Positions 37,923 to 48,422 of a DNA stretch of 64,000 nt are shown one piece after another. Position 1 is the first letter of the stretch. Each line of letters begins with the position of its first letter. The stretch covers positions 58,134 to 122,133 of the forward strand of contig JADBKP010000003.1 of assembly GCA_014896315.1 (NCBI GenBank), in the 5' to 3' direction. Under the pieces are notes generated by a model. The model was not told the origin of the DNA and searched no databases. It saw only the letters and a program-made list of their open reading frames with translations. A program made the position numbers and the translations under genes. The DNA comes from Limnochordales bacterium. Lineage in GTDB: Bacteria; Bacillota; Limnochordia; Limnochordales; DUMU01.

Positions 37923-40900
37923 TTAGAACTGGTCGTCATCATCGCGGTCGCCACCGAAGAGGTCGGCCCCGTCCAGGTCGCTGTCAGCTGTCTCGTCGAG
38001 CGGCGGACGGCGACCGGAGCGGCGTCGGAGACCGTAGGCCGGATCCTCCTCGTCATCGGCCTCCACCAGATAGTCGTCTTGCTGATCGTCTCCATAGCCC
38101 CCATCATACTCGTCACCGTCGTCCAAGCCCTCTTCGAGGTCCGCCTCATCCCCCAGATCAGTGCCGAGCAGGTCTACGTCGTCATCCAGCTCCTCCTCGG
38201 CTTCGCCCGGGAGGGATATTCCCAGGCTCTTGCGGGACGTGCTCGCACTCTCCGGCGGGAGCTTGCTTGCGGCATTGGGGCTGCTGGCTGCCCGCACCGG
38301 TTTGTCCAGCCCCAGCTCGGCCGCCAGCTCTTCTTCCTCCTCCGTACCGCTTTCCTCCGCGTCTTCAACCGCCAGGCCCGTATCCGCTTCCTCGGTTGTA
38401 TCGCTGTCGGCCCCAACACCACTGCTCAGGAAAGCGGAGACCGCCCGAGCCTTGTCCCGTGAACGCGGCTCTCTTCCATCCGTCTCCCGCCCCTGGATGT
38501 CGATACCGAGCTCACGGGCCATCTCGTTGATATCCTCGTCGTCTTCCCTGATCTCAATCTCCCGGTTGTCCTCACTCAGAACCCGCACATCCAGTGCCAG
38601 GCTCTGCAACTCCTTGATCAGAACTTTGAAGGACTCGGGCACACCCGGTTCGGGTATGTTCTCTCCTTTGACAATCGCCTCGTACGTCTTGACCCGTCCC
38701 ACCACATCGTCCGATTTCACGGTCAGCAGCTCCTGGAGGGTGTAGGCAGCACCGTAAGCTTCAAGCGCCCACACTTCCATCTCACCGAAGCGCTGTCCAC
38801 CAAACTGCGCCTTCCCTCCCAGAGGCTGCTGCGTGACGAGGGAGTACGGGCCGGTAGAACGGGCGTGGATCTTGTCGTCCACCAGGTGGGCCAGCTTCAT
38901 CATGTAGATGTAACCAACCGTCACCGGGTTGTCGAAGGGCTCGCCGGTCCGCCCATCGTAGAGGATGGTCTTGCCATCCGGCGGCAGCCCCGCTTTCTCC
39001 AGCATCTGTTTGATGTCCTCTTCCGTGGCACCGTCGAACACGGGGCTTGCCACGTGGATCCCCAGGGCATGAGCAGCCCAGCCCAGGTGCGTCTCGAGCA
39101 CCTGCCCGATATTCATACGGGACGGCACGCCGAGCGGGTTGAGGACAATATCAACCGGCCGTCCATCGGGCAGAAAAGGCATATCCTCCTCGGGCAGGAT
39201 ACGGGAGATCACACCCTTGTTCCCGTGCCGCCCGGCCATCTTGTCGCCGACGGAGATCTTCCGCTTCTGGGCAATGTACACCCTCACCAGCTTGTTGACA
39301 CCAGGCGCGAGTTCGGCGCCGTCATCACGCGTGAAGACCTTGACATCCACGACCACGCCGCCTTCCCCATGGGGAACGCGCAGCGACGTGTCCCGGACCT
39401 CCCGCGCCTTCTCGCCGAAGATAGCCCGCAACAACCTTTCCTCCGCCGTCAGCTCGGTCTCACCCTTGGGCGTTACCTTGCCCACCAGGATATCACCCGG
39501 CCGGACCTCGGCACCGATGCGGACGATACCCCGTTCGTCGAGATCTTCCAGCGCATCCTCGCTCACATTCGGAATGTCGCGGGTGATCTCCTCGGGGCCG
39601 AGTTTGGTATCGCGGGCCGCGCACTCGTACTCCTCGATGTGGATAGAGGTATAGACGTCCTCCTTCACCAGCCGCTCACTGAGAAGGATAGCGTCTTCGT
39701 AGTTGTAACCTTCCCAGGGCATGAAGGCGACCAGCACGTTCTTACCCAGGGCCAGCTCTCCCTGGTCGGTCGAGGGGCCGTCCGCCAGCAAATCGCCCTT
39801 TTCGACCCGCTGTCCCAGGCGAACTACCGGTCGCTGATTGATGCAGGTGCTCTGGTTGGAACGAGCAAACTTGATCAACTTGTAGCGGTCTTCCCGCCCG
39901 CTGTCGGTTCGCACCCGGATCTCCCGGGCATCAACGTAGGTTACCACACCGCCCTCCCGGGCCAGCACCACGGCACCGGAGTCAATCGCAGCCCGGTACT
40001 CGATGCCCGTGCCTACCAGCGGCGCCTCCGACCGCAACAGAGGAACGGCCTGGCGTTGCATGTTGGCGCCCATCAAAGCACGGCTCGCATCATCATGCTC
40101 CAGGAAAGGGATGCAGGCCGTCGCCACACTGACGATCTGCTTGGGCGATACATCCATGAACTCGACTTCTTCCGGCGGCACCAGCTGGATCTTGTCGCGG
40201 AAGCGGACGGTTACCCGCGGTGCAAGCAGACGGCCCTCCTCATCCACCGGTTCGTTGGCCTGGGCAATGTTGTACTGGTCCTCTTCGTCTGCGGTTAGAT
40301 ACACGATCTCATCGGTCACCCGGCCGTTCGCGACCCGCCGATACGGCGTTTCGATAAATCCGTACTCGTTCACCCGGGCATAGGTGCAAAGCGAGCCGAT
40401 CAGTCCGATATTCGGGCCTTCCGGCGTCTCGATGGGGCACATCCGTCCGTAGTGAGAGTGATGGACGTCCCGCACTTCAAATCCGGCCCGTTCCCGGCTG
40501 AGACCGCCCGGTCCGAGCGCGCTGAGACGACGCTTGTGGGTCAACTCCGCCAGCGGGTTGGTCTGGTCCATAAACTGGGACAGCTGGCTTGAACCAAAGA
40601 ACTCCCGGATCGCGGCCACCAGCGGCCGGATATTGATCAACGCTTGCGGGGTGGCGATATCAACGTCCTGAATGGTCATGCGCTCCCGCACCACCCGTTC
40701 CATGCGGGAGAGACCGATCCGGAACTGGTTCTGCAAAAGCTCGCCGACGGACTTCAGACGCCGGTTGCCCAGGTGATCGATGTCGTCGAAGTTGCCTACC
40801 CCATACGCCAGGCCCACCATGTAGTTGACTACTGCGACCACATCCTCGGCCGTGAGAACCTGGACGCTCTGGTCAGGCTGCCCGTTGCTGATGACCGGTA

Positions 40901-41912
40901 CCGGCCGGTCCTCATCACCCAGCACATATATCTTGCGAATCCCACGCTCCTCGAAGCGCGAGATCAGATCCCGGGTGAGCTTGGTCCCGTACTCGGCCAG
41001 GACCTCTCCGGTTGCCTCGTCCACAACGGTACGCGCCAGAATCCGGCCCAGGGCGCGCTCCATCAACCGGAGCTTCTTGTTGAGCTTGTACCTGCCGACC
41101 GGCGCAAGATCGTACCGCTTGGGGTCATAGAAGAGCCCCTCAAAGAGGGCACGGGCACTCTCGACCGTAGGCGGTTCACCCGGCCGCAGGCGCTTATAGA
41201 TCTCCACCAGCGCCTCGTCCTGGGTGGAAGTGCTATCTCGTTCCAGAGTGGTACGGATTGCTTCGTTTTCGTCAAACAACTCCAGAATCTGTGCCGAGGA
41301 ACTGAAACCGAAGGCGCGCAGCAGCACCGTCACCGGCACCTTGCGGGTGCGGTCTACCCGGACCCAAATAACGTCATTTGCATCGCGCTCGAATTCCAGC
41401 CAGGCGCCCCGATTGGGAATGATCGAGGCTGTAAGCATCTCCTTCCCGTTGGGGTCGTGCTCTTTTTGGAAATAGGCCCCGGGGGAGCGTACGAGCTGGC
41501 TTACCACCACACGTTCGGCGCCGTTAATGATAAACGTCCCTTTCTCGGTCATGAGCGGGAGGTCGCCCATGAACACTTCCTGCTCTTTGACCTCCCCGGT
41601 GTCCTTCTGGATGAGCTGCACTCGTACTTTGAGGGGAGCGGAGTAGATGGCATCCTTCTCCTTGCACTCTTCGGGAGTGTACTTCGGTTCCCCCAGCTCA
41701 CAGGATTCAAACTGCAGAATAAGGTTACCAGTGAAGTCTTCGATCGGCGAGATATCCCGGAAGGCCTGTTCCAATCCGTATTTGATAAACCAATCGAACG
41801 ACTTCCGCTGGATCTCGATCAGGTTCGGCAGATCAATGATCTCCTTGATCCTGCCAAAACTCAGCCGGGTTCTCCGGCGCTCCTCAGTCTTGGCGACTGC
41901 CAATCCCCTCAC
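37923..41912 (-). CDS. rpoB: DNA-directed RNA polymerase subunit beta with a C-terminal acidic tail of about 206 aa
   Basis: Rif-cluster region [34 protein letters not shown]. Start could be TTG 41903 instead of GTG 41912. Confidence 0.98.
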   Translation of the reverse strand: MRGLAVAKTEERRRTRLSFGRIKEIIDLPNLIEIQRKSFDWFIKYGLEQAFRDISPIEDFTGNLILQFESCELGEPKYTPEECKEKDAIYSAPLKVRVQLIQKDTGEVKEQEVFMGDLPLMTEKGTFIINGAERVVVSQLVRSPGAYFQKEHDPNGKEMLTASIIPNRGAWLEFERDANDVIWVRVDRTRKVPVTVLLRAFGFSSSAQILELFDENEAIRTTLERDSTSTQDEALVEIYKRLRPGEPPTVESARALFEGLFYDPKRYDLAPVGRYKLNKKLRLMERALGRILARTVVDEATGEVLAEYGTKLTRDLISRFEERGIRKIYVLGDEDRPVPVISNGQPDQSVQVLTAEDVVAVVNYMVGLAYGVGNFDDIDHLGNRRLKSVGELLQNQFRIGLSRMERVVRERMTIQDVDIATPQALINIRPLVAAIREFFGSSQLSQFMDQTNPLAELTHKRRLSALGPGGLSRERAGFEVRDVHHSHYGRMCPIETPEGPNIGLIGSLCTYARVNEYGFIETPYRRVANGRVTDEIVYLTADEEDQYNIAQANEPVDEEGRLLAPRVTVRFRDKIQLVPPEEVEFMDVSPKQIVSVATACIPFLEHDDASRALMGANMQRQAVPLLRSEAPLVGTGIEYRAAIDSGAVVLAREGGVVTYVDAREIRVRTDSGREDRYKLIKFARSNQSTCINQRPVVRLGQRVEKGDLLADGPSTDQGELALGKNVLVAFMPWEGYNYEDAILLSERLVKEDVYTSIHIEEYECAARDTKLGPEEITRDIPNVSEDALEDLDERGIVRIGAEVRPGDILVGKVTPKGETELTAEERLLRAIFGEKAREVRDTSLRVPHGEGGVVVDVKVFTRDDGAELAPGVNKLVRVYIAQKRKISVGDKMAGRHGNKGVISRILPEEDMPFLPDGRPVDIVLNPLGVPSRMNIGQVLETHLGWAAHALGIHVASPVFDGATEEDIKQMLEKAGLPPDGKTILYDGRTGEPFDNPVTVGYIYMMKLAHLVDDKIHARSTGPYSLVTQQPLGGKAQFGGQRFGEMEVWALEAYGAAYTLQELLTVKSDDVVGRVKTYEAIVKGENIPEPGVPESFKVLIKELQSLALDVRVLSEDNREIEIREDDEDINEMARELGIDIQGRETDGREPRSRDKARAVSAFLSSGVGADSDTTEEADTGLAVEDAEESGTEEEEELAAELGLDKPVRAASSPNAASKLPPESASTSRKSLGISLPGEAEEELDDDVDLLGTDLGDEADLEEGLDDGDEYDGGYGDDQQDDYLVEADDEEDPAYGLRRRSGRRPPLDETADSDLDGADLFGGDRDDDDQF

Positions 41913-42225
41913 CTCTCTCGGGTCAGATGCCGCACGCTGGGCCTATGCGTTCTTGGGGATAAAGAGACTACGGCTGCTCGAACAAGTGCCGGCAAATGAA
42001 TCCGGGCGACAGGAAAATGCAAAGACGACACAGAATATAACGTTGACCAGGAAGGGTGTAGGTATGCGCCCTGGAATCGCAAAACGCAGGATGAGCCAGG
42101 AAAGCAGGCCACCGGGCACTCGCCTCGATCTGACCTGACCAGAAGGACCGCCCTCCCCCAAAACCGGCAGATCGCTCCTGAGCAGCATCGCAGGACGACC
42201 CCGGTGAAAGCGACACCACCTAGCG

Positions 42226-42254
42226 AGTGTACCACTGCCTGCGGAATAAGTCAA
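42226..42254 (-). promoter_or_regulatory. sigma-A-type promoter for rpoBC
   Basis: Minus strand TTGACT - 17 nt - TACACT preceded by TGG (extended -10 like). Confidence 0.5.
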
Positions 42255-42290
42255 CGATGTTGCCAATCTCCAGACCGCCCTCTCCCATGC

Positions 42291-42334
42291 CAAAAGCGGG
42301 AAGGCGGCCGCCTGCCTGCGGCGCCCGCCTTCCC
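42291..42334 (-). terminator. terminator/attenuator between rplL and rpoB
   Basis: Minus strand GGGAAGGCGG...CCGCCTTCCC 10-bp stem followed by GCTTTTGG. Confidence 0.6.
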
Positions 42335-42368
42335 TTGTCCTCGCGACTCAAGGCTGCTTGTTTGGCTC

Positions 42369-42755
42369 TTACTTGATCTCGACCTGGGCTCCGGCTTCGA
42401 CAAGCTTCTTCTTGATCTCTTCGGCCTGGTCCTTCGGTACCCCGGTCTTCACCGGCTTTGGTGCGCCGTCGACCAGGTCCTTCGCCTCCTTGAGGCCGAG
42501 GCCGGTGATCTCGCGCACCACCTTGATAACCTGGATCTTGTTTGCGCCAGCCGCAGTGAGGATGACATCAAACTCGGTCTTCTCCTCCTCCGCGGGAGCA
42601 GCAGCCGGCGCTGCCCCGGCCGCGGGAGCGGCAACTGCCACGGGAGCCGCGGCAGTGACACCAAACTTCTCCTCGAGCGCCTTGACCAGCTCGGCCAGTT
42701 CGATCACGGTCATCTGTTCAATTGCGGCAATCAACTCTTCTTTGCTGAGAGCCAT
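42369..42755 (-). CDS. rplL: 50S ribosomal protein L7/L12
   Basis: [33 protein letters not shown]; Ala/Pro hinge. Confidence 0.97.
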   Translation of the reverse strand: MALSKEELIAAIEQMTVIELAELVKALEEKFGVTAAAPVAVAAPAAGAAPAAAPAEEEKTEFDVILTAAGANKIQVIKVVREITGLGLKEAKDLVDGAPKPVKTGVPKDQAEEIKKKLVEAGAQVEIK

Positions 42756-42838
42756 CTAACTCTGCCTCCCTATTTCTCGTCAGTCTCGTCAGTCCCGTCA
42801 GACGTCAACAGTCAACCAAGCCGCACGCATAGCAAGCT

Positions 42839-43384
42839 TTACGATCCTGCGGTGGCGGCCCCACCCGCCTCTTCCCGTTGCCGGCGGATGGCATCGAGGG
42901 CGTAAACCAGCTGGCGTACCGGTCCTTGCAGCACCGAGACCAGCCCGACCAGGGGGGCCTGCATCTGTCCGAGCAACTTCGCGAGCAGCACCTCGCGCGG
43001 CGGCAGCTCGGCCAGCTTCACCACTTCTTCCGCCGTGATGACCCGCTGCCCCAGGAGACCTCCCTTGAGGACCAGGTTCTTGTGGTCGCGGGTGAACTGG
43101 TGCAAGACCTTGGCCATGGCTGCCGGGTCTCCGTGCGCCAGCGCGACGGCGGTCGGACCCTCGAGGTATTGCTCCAGACTCGGGAGACCGGCCTGCTGTG
43201 CCGCCCGCTGCAACAGGCGGTTTTTCACCACCCGCAGCTCGGCACCCTGTTCCCGCAGGCGCCGCCGCAACTCTGTGCTCTCCTTAACGGTAAGGCCCCG
43301 GAAGTCGGCCAGGACCGCTCCGCTCGCCTTGGCCAGCTTCTCCTGCAACTCTGCTACTACCCGGCGCTTCTCTTCCTGATTCAT
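42839..43384 (-). CDS. rplJ: 50S ribosomal protein L10
   Basis: KRRVVAELQEKLAKASGAVLADFRGLTVKESTELRRRLRE. ATG 43384 (track ORF extends to 43531). Confidence 0.95.
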   Translation of the reverse strand: MNQEEKRRVVAELQEKLAKASGAVLADFRGLTVKESTELRRRLREQGAELRVVKNRLLQRAAQQAGLPSLEQYLEGPTAVALAHGDPAAMAKVLHQFTRDHKNLVLKGGLLGQRVITAEEVVKLAELPPREVLLAKLLGQMQAPLVGLVSVLQGPVRQLVYALDAIRRQREEAGGAATAGS

Positions 43385-43720
43385 GCTTTCCCCCCTTCCC
43401 ACCAGGCACAGCGTAAAACCGACAAAGAGGCAAACCTGCGCAAACAAAGATAAGCCCCTGCGAGACCGCAGAGGCTTGCAAAGCCGTCGCCGGGCAGCAC
43501 CAACAGACCCGCCCTCTCCCTGCGAAAGCACCCGACCCTCCGGCCTTCCGCTCGCGGGAGTGGGGAAGTGCCACCCGCGTGACCGCTCTCCTGGCCTCGG
43601 CAGGCTGGCTACGCCATTTGAATCCGGGATACCGCCGCGCGTTGGAACAGCTCCCGGCCTACCTGCTGTCTACGGCCCCGTCCGCCCGCCACTATTGGCG
43701 GGGCAGAGAAGCAGCTGTAC
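43385..43720 (-). promoter_or_regulatory. long rplJ 5' leader (possible L10-leader autoregulatory RNA)
   Basis: About 370-nt non-coding gap between rplA and rplJ. Firmicutes carry an L10(L12)4-binding leader here. I could not verify the fold by eye. Confidence 0.35.
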
Positions 43721-43753
43721 CATTATGCAGCCATATTCAATTGTAACCGAGCT

Positions 43754-44467
43754 TCAGGAACGCTCGGCAACGGCACTCTGAGCGGCACCCACATCGATCC
43801 GAATTCCCGGGCTCATCGTAGAGGAGATTGCCAGCCGTCGCAGGTACGTGCCCTTGGCTGCTGCCGGTCTGGCCCGCAAAACAGCGTCTAACAGCGCCCG
43901 GAAGTTGTCAAGCAGGGCCTGCTCGCTGAAGGTAACCTTGCCGATCGGAACGTTGATACAACCTTCTTTGTTGACACGAAACTCCACTTTTCCGGCCTTG
44001 ATTTCCTTGACCGCCCGCCCCACTTCCATGGTCACCGTGCCAGCCTTGGGGTTGGGCATGAGCCCGCGCGGGCCGAGGATACGGCCAAGGCGCCCCACCA
44101 GTCCCATCATGTCCGGAGTGGCTACCGCCACATCAAAATCCAGGAAGCCTTGCTGGACCTTCTCCACCAGGTCCTCTGCACCGACGATGTCGGCCCCGGC
44201 TTCCTCAGCCTCCTTGGCCTTTTCACCCTTAGCAAAGACCGCCACCCGGACCGTCTTACCCAGCCCATGCGGCAGGACCACTGTGCCGCGAACCTGCTGG
44301 TCGGCCTGGCGCGGATCGACCCCGAGCTTCATTGCCACCTCCACCGTCTCAGGGAAACGAGCAGTGGCCACCTTCTTTAAGAGGCTTATGGCCTCGCTTG
44401 GGGTGTAACTCTTCTGCTTGTCTATAAGCTTTGCGGCCTCAATGTACCGCTTACCGTGTCTCGCCAT
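43754..44467 (-). CDS. rplA: 50S ribosomal protein L1
   Basis: [21 protein letters not shown]. Track ORF extends to 44515. Confidence 0.96.
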   Translation of the reverse strand: MARHGKRYIEAAKLIDKQKSYTPSEAISLLKKVATARFPETVEVAMKLGVDPRQADQQVRGTVVLPHGLGKTVRVAVFAKGEKAKEAEEAGADIVGAEDLVEKVQQGFLDFDVAVATPDMMGLVGRLGRILGPRGLMPNPKAGTVTMEVGRAVKEIKAGKVEFRVNKEGCINVPIGKVTFSEQALLDNFRALLDAVLRARPAAAKGTYLRRLAISSTMSPGIRIDVGAAQSAVAERS

Positions 44468-44531
44468 ACAAAAACCCCCTGTGGTAGAGCGGCTGCCGGC
44501 GGCAGCCTCCCACAAATCAACAAATAATCAA

Positions 44532-44957
44532 CTAATCCTCAACGACGATACCCATGGAACGAGCCGTGCCCTCAATCATGCGCATGGCCGCCTCAATAGA
44601 AGCCGCATTCAGGTCCGGCATTTTCATCTCGGCGATCTTGCGCACTTCGGAACGCTTGACCCGAGCCACCTTCTGCTTGTTGGGTACGCCCGAACCCTTC
44701 TCGATTCCGGCGGCCTTCAACAAGAGCACTGCTGCCGGCGGCGTCTTCAGCCTGAAGGTAAAAGAACGGTCCTCGTAAACCGTGATCTCAACCGGAATGA
44801 TCATGCCCGCCTGGCCGGCCGTCTTCTCGTTGAAGGACTTGACGAACTCCATAATGTTAACGCCGTGCTGACCCAGCGCCGGCCCCACCGGGGGCGCCGG
44901 AGTCGCCTTACCCGCGGGAACTTGAAGCTTGACAATTGCTGCTACCTTCTTTGCCAT
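44532..44957 (-). CDS. rplK: 50S ribosomal protein L11
   Basis: [38 protein letters not shown]. Confidence 0.97.
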   Translation of the reverse strand: MAKKVAAIVKLQVPAGKATPAPPVGPALGQHGVNIMEFVKSFNEKTAGQAGMIIPVEITVYEDRSFTFRLKTPPAAVLLLKAAGIEKGSGVPNKQKVARVKRSEVRKIAEMKMPDLNAASIEAAMRMIEGTARSMGIVVED

Positions 44958-44969
44958 GCCGTTCGCTCC

Positions 44970-45527
44970 CTACACTTTCTCGACCTGATCGAAGTCCAGT
45001 TCTACCGGTGTCTCCCGACCAAACATCGACACCATGACTTTGAGCTTACCCCGCTCCACATTGACCTGTTCGATCCGGCCGTTGAAATTGACAAACGGCC
45101 CGTCGATCACCTTTACCTGCTCTCCCACCTCGAAGGCTACTTTCGGCCCGGCCTCATCCGGCGCGGTCTCATGGAGGATGCGCTCGACCTCTTCGTCACT
45201 CAACGGAAGCGGCCGGTTGCCCGAGCTGACGAACCCCGTCACTCCCGGCGTGTTTCTCACCACATACCAGGAGTCGTTGCTCATCCTCATGCGAACCAAC
45301 ACATAGCCGGGGAAGACCTTCTTCTCTACGATCCGCTTACGACCTTCCTTGAAATCCAGTTCTTTCTCGGTCGGCACCAGCACCTCGAAGATCTTGTCCC
45401 CCATGCCCATGCTGGCTACGCGCCGCATCAGGTTCTCTTTTACCTTGTTTTCGTAGCCCGAATAGGTGTGAACCACGTACCAACGCGTCTCCGGATCATT
45501 TGGGATTCCACCGGCCCCGGTTGCCAC
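44970..45527 (-). CDS. nusG: transcription termination/antitermination factor NusG
   Basis: [19 protein letters not shown]; C-terminal KOW. Confidence 0.96.
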   Translation of the reverse strand: MATGAGGIPNDPETRWYVVHTYSGYENKVKENLMRRVASMGMGDKIFEVLVPTEKELDFKEGRKRIVEKKVFPGYVLVRMRMSNDSWYVVRNTPGVTGFVSSGNRPLPLSDEEVERILHETAPDEAGPKVAFEVGEQVKVIDGPFVNFNGRIEQVNVERGKLKVMVSMFGRETPVELDFDQVEKV

Positions 45528-45532
45528 TACCG

Positions 45533-45769
45533 TCAGCCTCCCAGACCTGACAAAGCGGAGAAAATGGCACTGAGACCCAGGTCAATAACGCCCAAAAAGA
45601 GCGCCACTATCAACGAGAGCGTAATGACGACCGCCGTATAGGTGGTCAGCTCCTTCCGGTTGGGCCATGTCACCTTGCGTAACTCCGCCTTTACCTCCCG
45701 GAAAAACCGGCCCGCTTTGTCCACAAATTTCTGCCCCGCCTTCGCCGGGCGATTTGCCGCCGTTGCCAT
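45533..45769 (-). CDS. secE: preprotein translocase subunit SecE
   Basis: [20 protein letters not shown] plus a single C-terminal TM. Confidence 0.93.
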   Translation of the reverse strand: MATAANRPAKAGQKFVDKAGRFFREVKAELRKVTWPNRKELTTYTAVVITLSLIVALFLGVIDLGLSAIFSALSGLGG

Positions 45770-45804
45770 TCTCTCACCCCTTGCCGGAGCTGACCGCTGA
45801 AGCG

Positions 45805-45954
45805 CTATCGGGTCTCCTTATGCACCGTGTGCCGCCTGCAAACCGGGCAGTACTTTCGCAGCTCAAGACGGTCCGGATCGTTACGCTTGTTCTTGGTGGT
45901 ACGATAGTTGCGGTTCTTGCACTCGGTACACTCAAGCGTTATCCCCACCCGCAT
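45805..45954 (-). CDS. rpmG: 50S ribosomal protein L33
   Basis: Not in the ORF track. My translation gives [49 protein letters not shown]. Confidence 0.93.
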   Translation of the reverse strand: MRVGITLECTECKNRNYRTTKNKRNDPDRLELRKYCPVCRRHTVHKETR

Positions 45955-45987
45955 GCCCCGTCACCTCCGGTAGACAGTCACCGAGCG

Positions 45988-46017
45988 AGTGTACCATAAG
46001 CTGAAAGTTACTGTCAA
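45988..46017 (-). promoter_or_regulatory. sigma-A-type promoter for rpmG-secE-nusG
   Basis: Minus strand TTGACA - 18 nt - TACACT with upstream TGG. Confidence 0.5.
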
Positions 46018-46102
46018 CGCACACGTACCTTCCCTAGTCTAAACGCCCTTGCCACATACCATACCCAGCAACCATTGCTGCAAGGCGCCGGAATACCCAG
46101 GT

Positions 46103-46144
46103 GCTTCGCCGGCCGGCGAAAATGGGAAGCCCCTCGCGAGGGGA
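46103..46144 (-). terminator. terminator region after the tRNA cluster
   Basis: Minus strand CCCCTCGCGAGGGG hairpin then CTTCCCATTTT, followed by a second palindrome TTCGCCGGCCGGCGAA. Confidence 0.55.
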
Positions 46145-46165
46145 ATCTCACGAGGGGCAACAAAC

Positions 46166-46241
46166 TGGAGCCCGCAACCAGGATCGAACTGGTGACCTCA
46201 TCCTTACCATGGATGCGCTCTACCTACTGAGCTATGCGGGC
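46166..46241 (-). tRNA. tRNA-Thr (anticodon GGT), CCA encoded
   Basis: Hand-folded cloverleaf: acceptor GCCCGCA/TGCGGGC, anticodon stem CATCC/GGATG, loop ATGGTAA, T-loop TTCGATC. Confidence 0.9.
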
Positions 46242-46248
46242 TCAAAAT

Positions 46249-46325
<77 letters not shown>

Positions 46326-46349
46326 ACGAAAACTTGCCAAAACTTCTCC

Positions 46350-46435
46350 TGGTGGAGGGGGTAGGATTTGAACCTACGAAGGCGACGGCCAGCAGATTTA
46401 CAGTCTGCCCCCTTTGGCCACTCGGGAACCCCTCC
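46350..46435 (-). tRNA. tRNA-Tyr (anticodon GTA), long variable arm, CCA encoded
   Basis: Acceptor GGAGGGG/CCCCTCC, anticodon stem GCAGA/TCTGC, loop CTGTAAA, T-loop TTCAAAT. Confidence 0.9.
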
Positions 46436-46456
46436 ACGCTGTCAACCACGGCTTTT

Positions 46457-46485
46457 ATTCTAGCGCACACCCATCGGCGTGTCAA
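46457..46485 (-). promoter_or_regulatory. internal promoter between tRNA-Thr(TGT) and tRNA-Tyr
   Basis: Minus strand TTGACA - 17 nt - TAGAAT inside the 60-nt tRNA spacer. Confidence 0.55.
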
Positions 46486-46495
46486 CCTTTGTTGC

Positions 46496-46570
46496 TGGAG
46501 CCGGCGGAGGGACTCGAACCCTCAACCTGCGGTTTACAAGACCGCTGCTCTACCTTTGAGCTACACCGGC
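46496..46570 (-). tRNA. tRNA-Thr (anticodon TGT), CCA encoded
   Basis: Acceptor GCCGGTG/CGCCGGC, anticodon stem GCGGT/ACCGC, loop CTTGTAA, T-loop TTCGAGT. Confidence 0.9.
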
Positions 46571-46586
46571 CCGTGCCGCGCGCATC

Positions 46587-46615
46587 AGTATAGCGACAAT
46601 CGGCGCAGCTTGCAA
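46587..46615 (-). promoter_or_regulatory. promoter for the tRNA cluster just after the sigH stop
   Basis: Minus strand TTGCAA - 17 nt - TATACT. Confidence 0.5.
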
Positions 46616-46623
46616 GCCGTCTC

Positions 46624-47280
46624 TTAATACCGCATCCTGCTTGCATTCCGCTTTTCCAGGTAACGCTCCAGCTTGCGTTTCACCCGCTGGAGTGCGTTGT
46701 CGATGGATTTGACGTGCCGGTTGAGTTCCTGGGCGATCTCCTGGTAGGACTTGCCGTCCAGGTAGTAATTGAGCACCTTCCACTCCAGATCGCTCAGAAA
46801 CTCTCCCATCTTGGCCTCGATGTCGCCGTACTCCTCCTGGCTGATGACAACCTCCTCCGGGTCGTTAACATCAGCCTGGAAGATGTCCATCAACGTACGG
46901 TCAGAATCCTCGTCGTAGATGGGCTTGTTAAGCGACACGGCCGAGTTGAGCGGCGAGTGCTTCTGCCTGGTAGCAGTCTTGATGGCTGTAATAATCTGTC
47001 GCGTTACGCACAGCTCGGCAAAGGCCCGGAACGAAGCCAGCTTGTCCAACCGAAAGTCGCGAATCGCCTTGTAGAGGCCGATCATGCCTTCCTGGATGAT
47101 ATCCTCACGATCAGCCCCGATGAGGAAGTAGGCCCGCGCCTTAGAACGGACAAAATTCCTGTATTTATTAATGAGAAACTCTTGCGCTAGCTTGTCCCCG
47201 CCTTGGGCAAGCGCGACAATCTCCTCGTCCACAAGTTCTTCATACGCCGCATAGATATTCTTGGGAGCGTTGACACTCAC
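46624..47280 (-). CDS. sigH: RNA polymerase sporulation sigma factor SigH
   Basis: KYRNFVRSKARAYFLIGADREDIIQEGMIGLYKAIRDFRLDKLASFRAFAELCVTRQIITAIKTATRQKH is the Spo0H signature. Conserved position before rpmG-secE-nusG. GTG start follows GGAGG. Confidence 0.93.
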   Translation of the reverse strand: MSVNAPKNIYAAYEELVDEEIVALAQGGDKLAQEFLINKYRNFVRSKARAYFLIGADREDIIQEGMIGLYKAIRDFRLDKLASFRAFAELCVTRQIITAIKTATRQKHSPLNSAVSLNKPIYDEDSDRTLMDIFQADVNDPEEVVISQEEYGDIEAKMGEFLSDLEWKVLNYYLDGKSYQEIAQELNRHVKSIDNALQRVKRKLERYLEKRNASRMRY

Positions 47281-47383
47281 GCGATCGCCTCCAGGCGGCA
47301 GGATGGAGGCCTGTCCGAGCTCGACAGCCAGCGCGCGCCAGCTGCCGCTGGACGAGGTATCAGCGGTTCAAGCATACAAGAGG

Positions 47384-47413
47384 ATTATACACTCACTGTT
47401 AAAGTAAGGTCAA
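47384..47413 (-). promoter_or_regulatory. sigma-A-type promoter for sigH
   Basis: Minus strand TTGACC - 18 nt - TATAAT. Confidence 0.55.
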
Positions 47414-48411
47414 GGTAAACCGGCTGCTCCGGGCATTGCCAGCAACGTCCCCGCCCTTCCGGTTAGCTGCAGGGACTGGATGATATCTTCTGCCTCGACC
47501 CCGGATCCCTTATGCACTATGTATGCCCGCGGCTGGTAATAGTCCCGGTGCAGCTCTTCGCGACGTAGCAGCTGGCCCTCCGGGCTGTATGTACTTCGGA
47601 ATACAGAAACTTCAACTCCATCCCAACCACGCTGAACCAGCTTCCATGTGCCGCTGGGAAGCCGGGGGTCGTCCACCAGCTCTAAAGGTGCGGGCAGGCG
47701 GCGTTCGGCAGAGGTCTCGATATGAACCTGCCCCGTCACCGGCTGACTCCCCCACAGTTCCACCGTCAACCGATTTTCCACCACTTCCGCCGTGATGAGA
47801 ACCGGCGCCGGCGTTGAGTTAACAAAGCGGAAGTCGAGAACGTTATCATATACCGTGGCATCCCGGCCTGCCGGAACATAGCCCAGCGGGCGGGAGTGGT
47901 GCACTCGCTCCGTCACTTTCAACATGGCGAAGAGGACTGCGTTGTAGAGCGTGGAGGAGAGCTGGCAGATTCCCCCCCCAACACCATCGACCAGCTCGCC
48001 GCCGACCAGCTCAGGGGCGGGAAGAAACCCGGCAGTGCGAGTTCGCGGGCCGACTACCTCGTTAAAGGAGAATACCTGCCCCGGTTGAAGCAGAATCCCG
48101 TCAATGGCGGCCGCCGCCAGCCGCAAATTGTGGACCCGCGCGCTCAGTTGCGGGTTGAAATAAGTGGAGTAGCGACCAAGCAGGTGAACCAGTCCGAGGG
48201 CAGCACGGGCCTGGGCAGAAAGCTTCCCATGTTCGGAAAGCTTGAGCGATTGGGGATTGGCGGGATCGCCCACCACCGGTAAGCCTGCCACGTGGTTGGC
48301 CCCGAAACCAGAACCGGGTGAAATGTCCAGGACGAGATAAAGGGGCCCGGCAAGAGCAAAAAGCGCGGCCAGAGCCGCTAACACGGATAGGAGCCGTCGG
48401 AACAAGGGCAT
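47410..48411 (-). CDS. VanW-family protein (membrane-anchored)
   Basis: N-terminal TM; VanW core FSFNEVVGPRT..GF..A......GGGICQLSSTLYNA. Confidence 0.8.
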   Translation of the reverse strand: MPLFRRLLSVLAALAALFALAGPLYLVLDISPGSGFGANHVAGLPVVGDPANPQSLKLSEHGKLSAQARAALGLVHLLGRYSTYFNPQLSARVHNLRLAAAAIDGILLQPGQVFSFNEVVGPRTRTAGFLPAPELVGGELVDGVGGGICQLSSTLYNAVLFAMLKVTERVHHSRPLGYVPAGRDATVYDNVLDFRFVNSTPAPVLITAEVVENRLTVELWGSQPVTGQVHIETSAERRLPAPLELVDDPRLPSGTWKLVQRGWDGVEVSVFRSTYSPEGQLLRREELHRDYYQPRAYIVHKGSGVEAEDIIQSLQLTGRAGTLLAMPGAAGLP

Positions 48412-48422
48412 CCCCTCCGTGT

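Noticed and set aside
38865-41999. Two very long plus-strand ORFs (477 aa and 451 aa) opposite rpoB
   Set aside because: They are antisense shadow ORFs typical of high-GC DNA. The minus-strand frame encodes an unmistakable RpoB. The plus-strand products are low-complexity (R/H/L/P-rich) with no recognisable motif.
44418-45641. 407-aa plus-strand ORF opposite rplK-nusG-secE
   Set aside because: Shadow ORF. The opposite strand carries conserved L11, NusG and SecE sequences.
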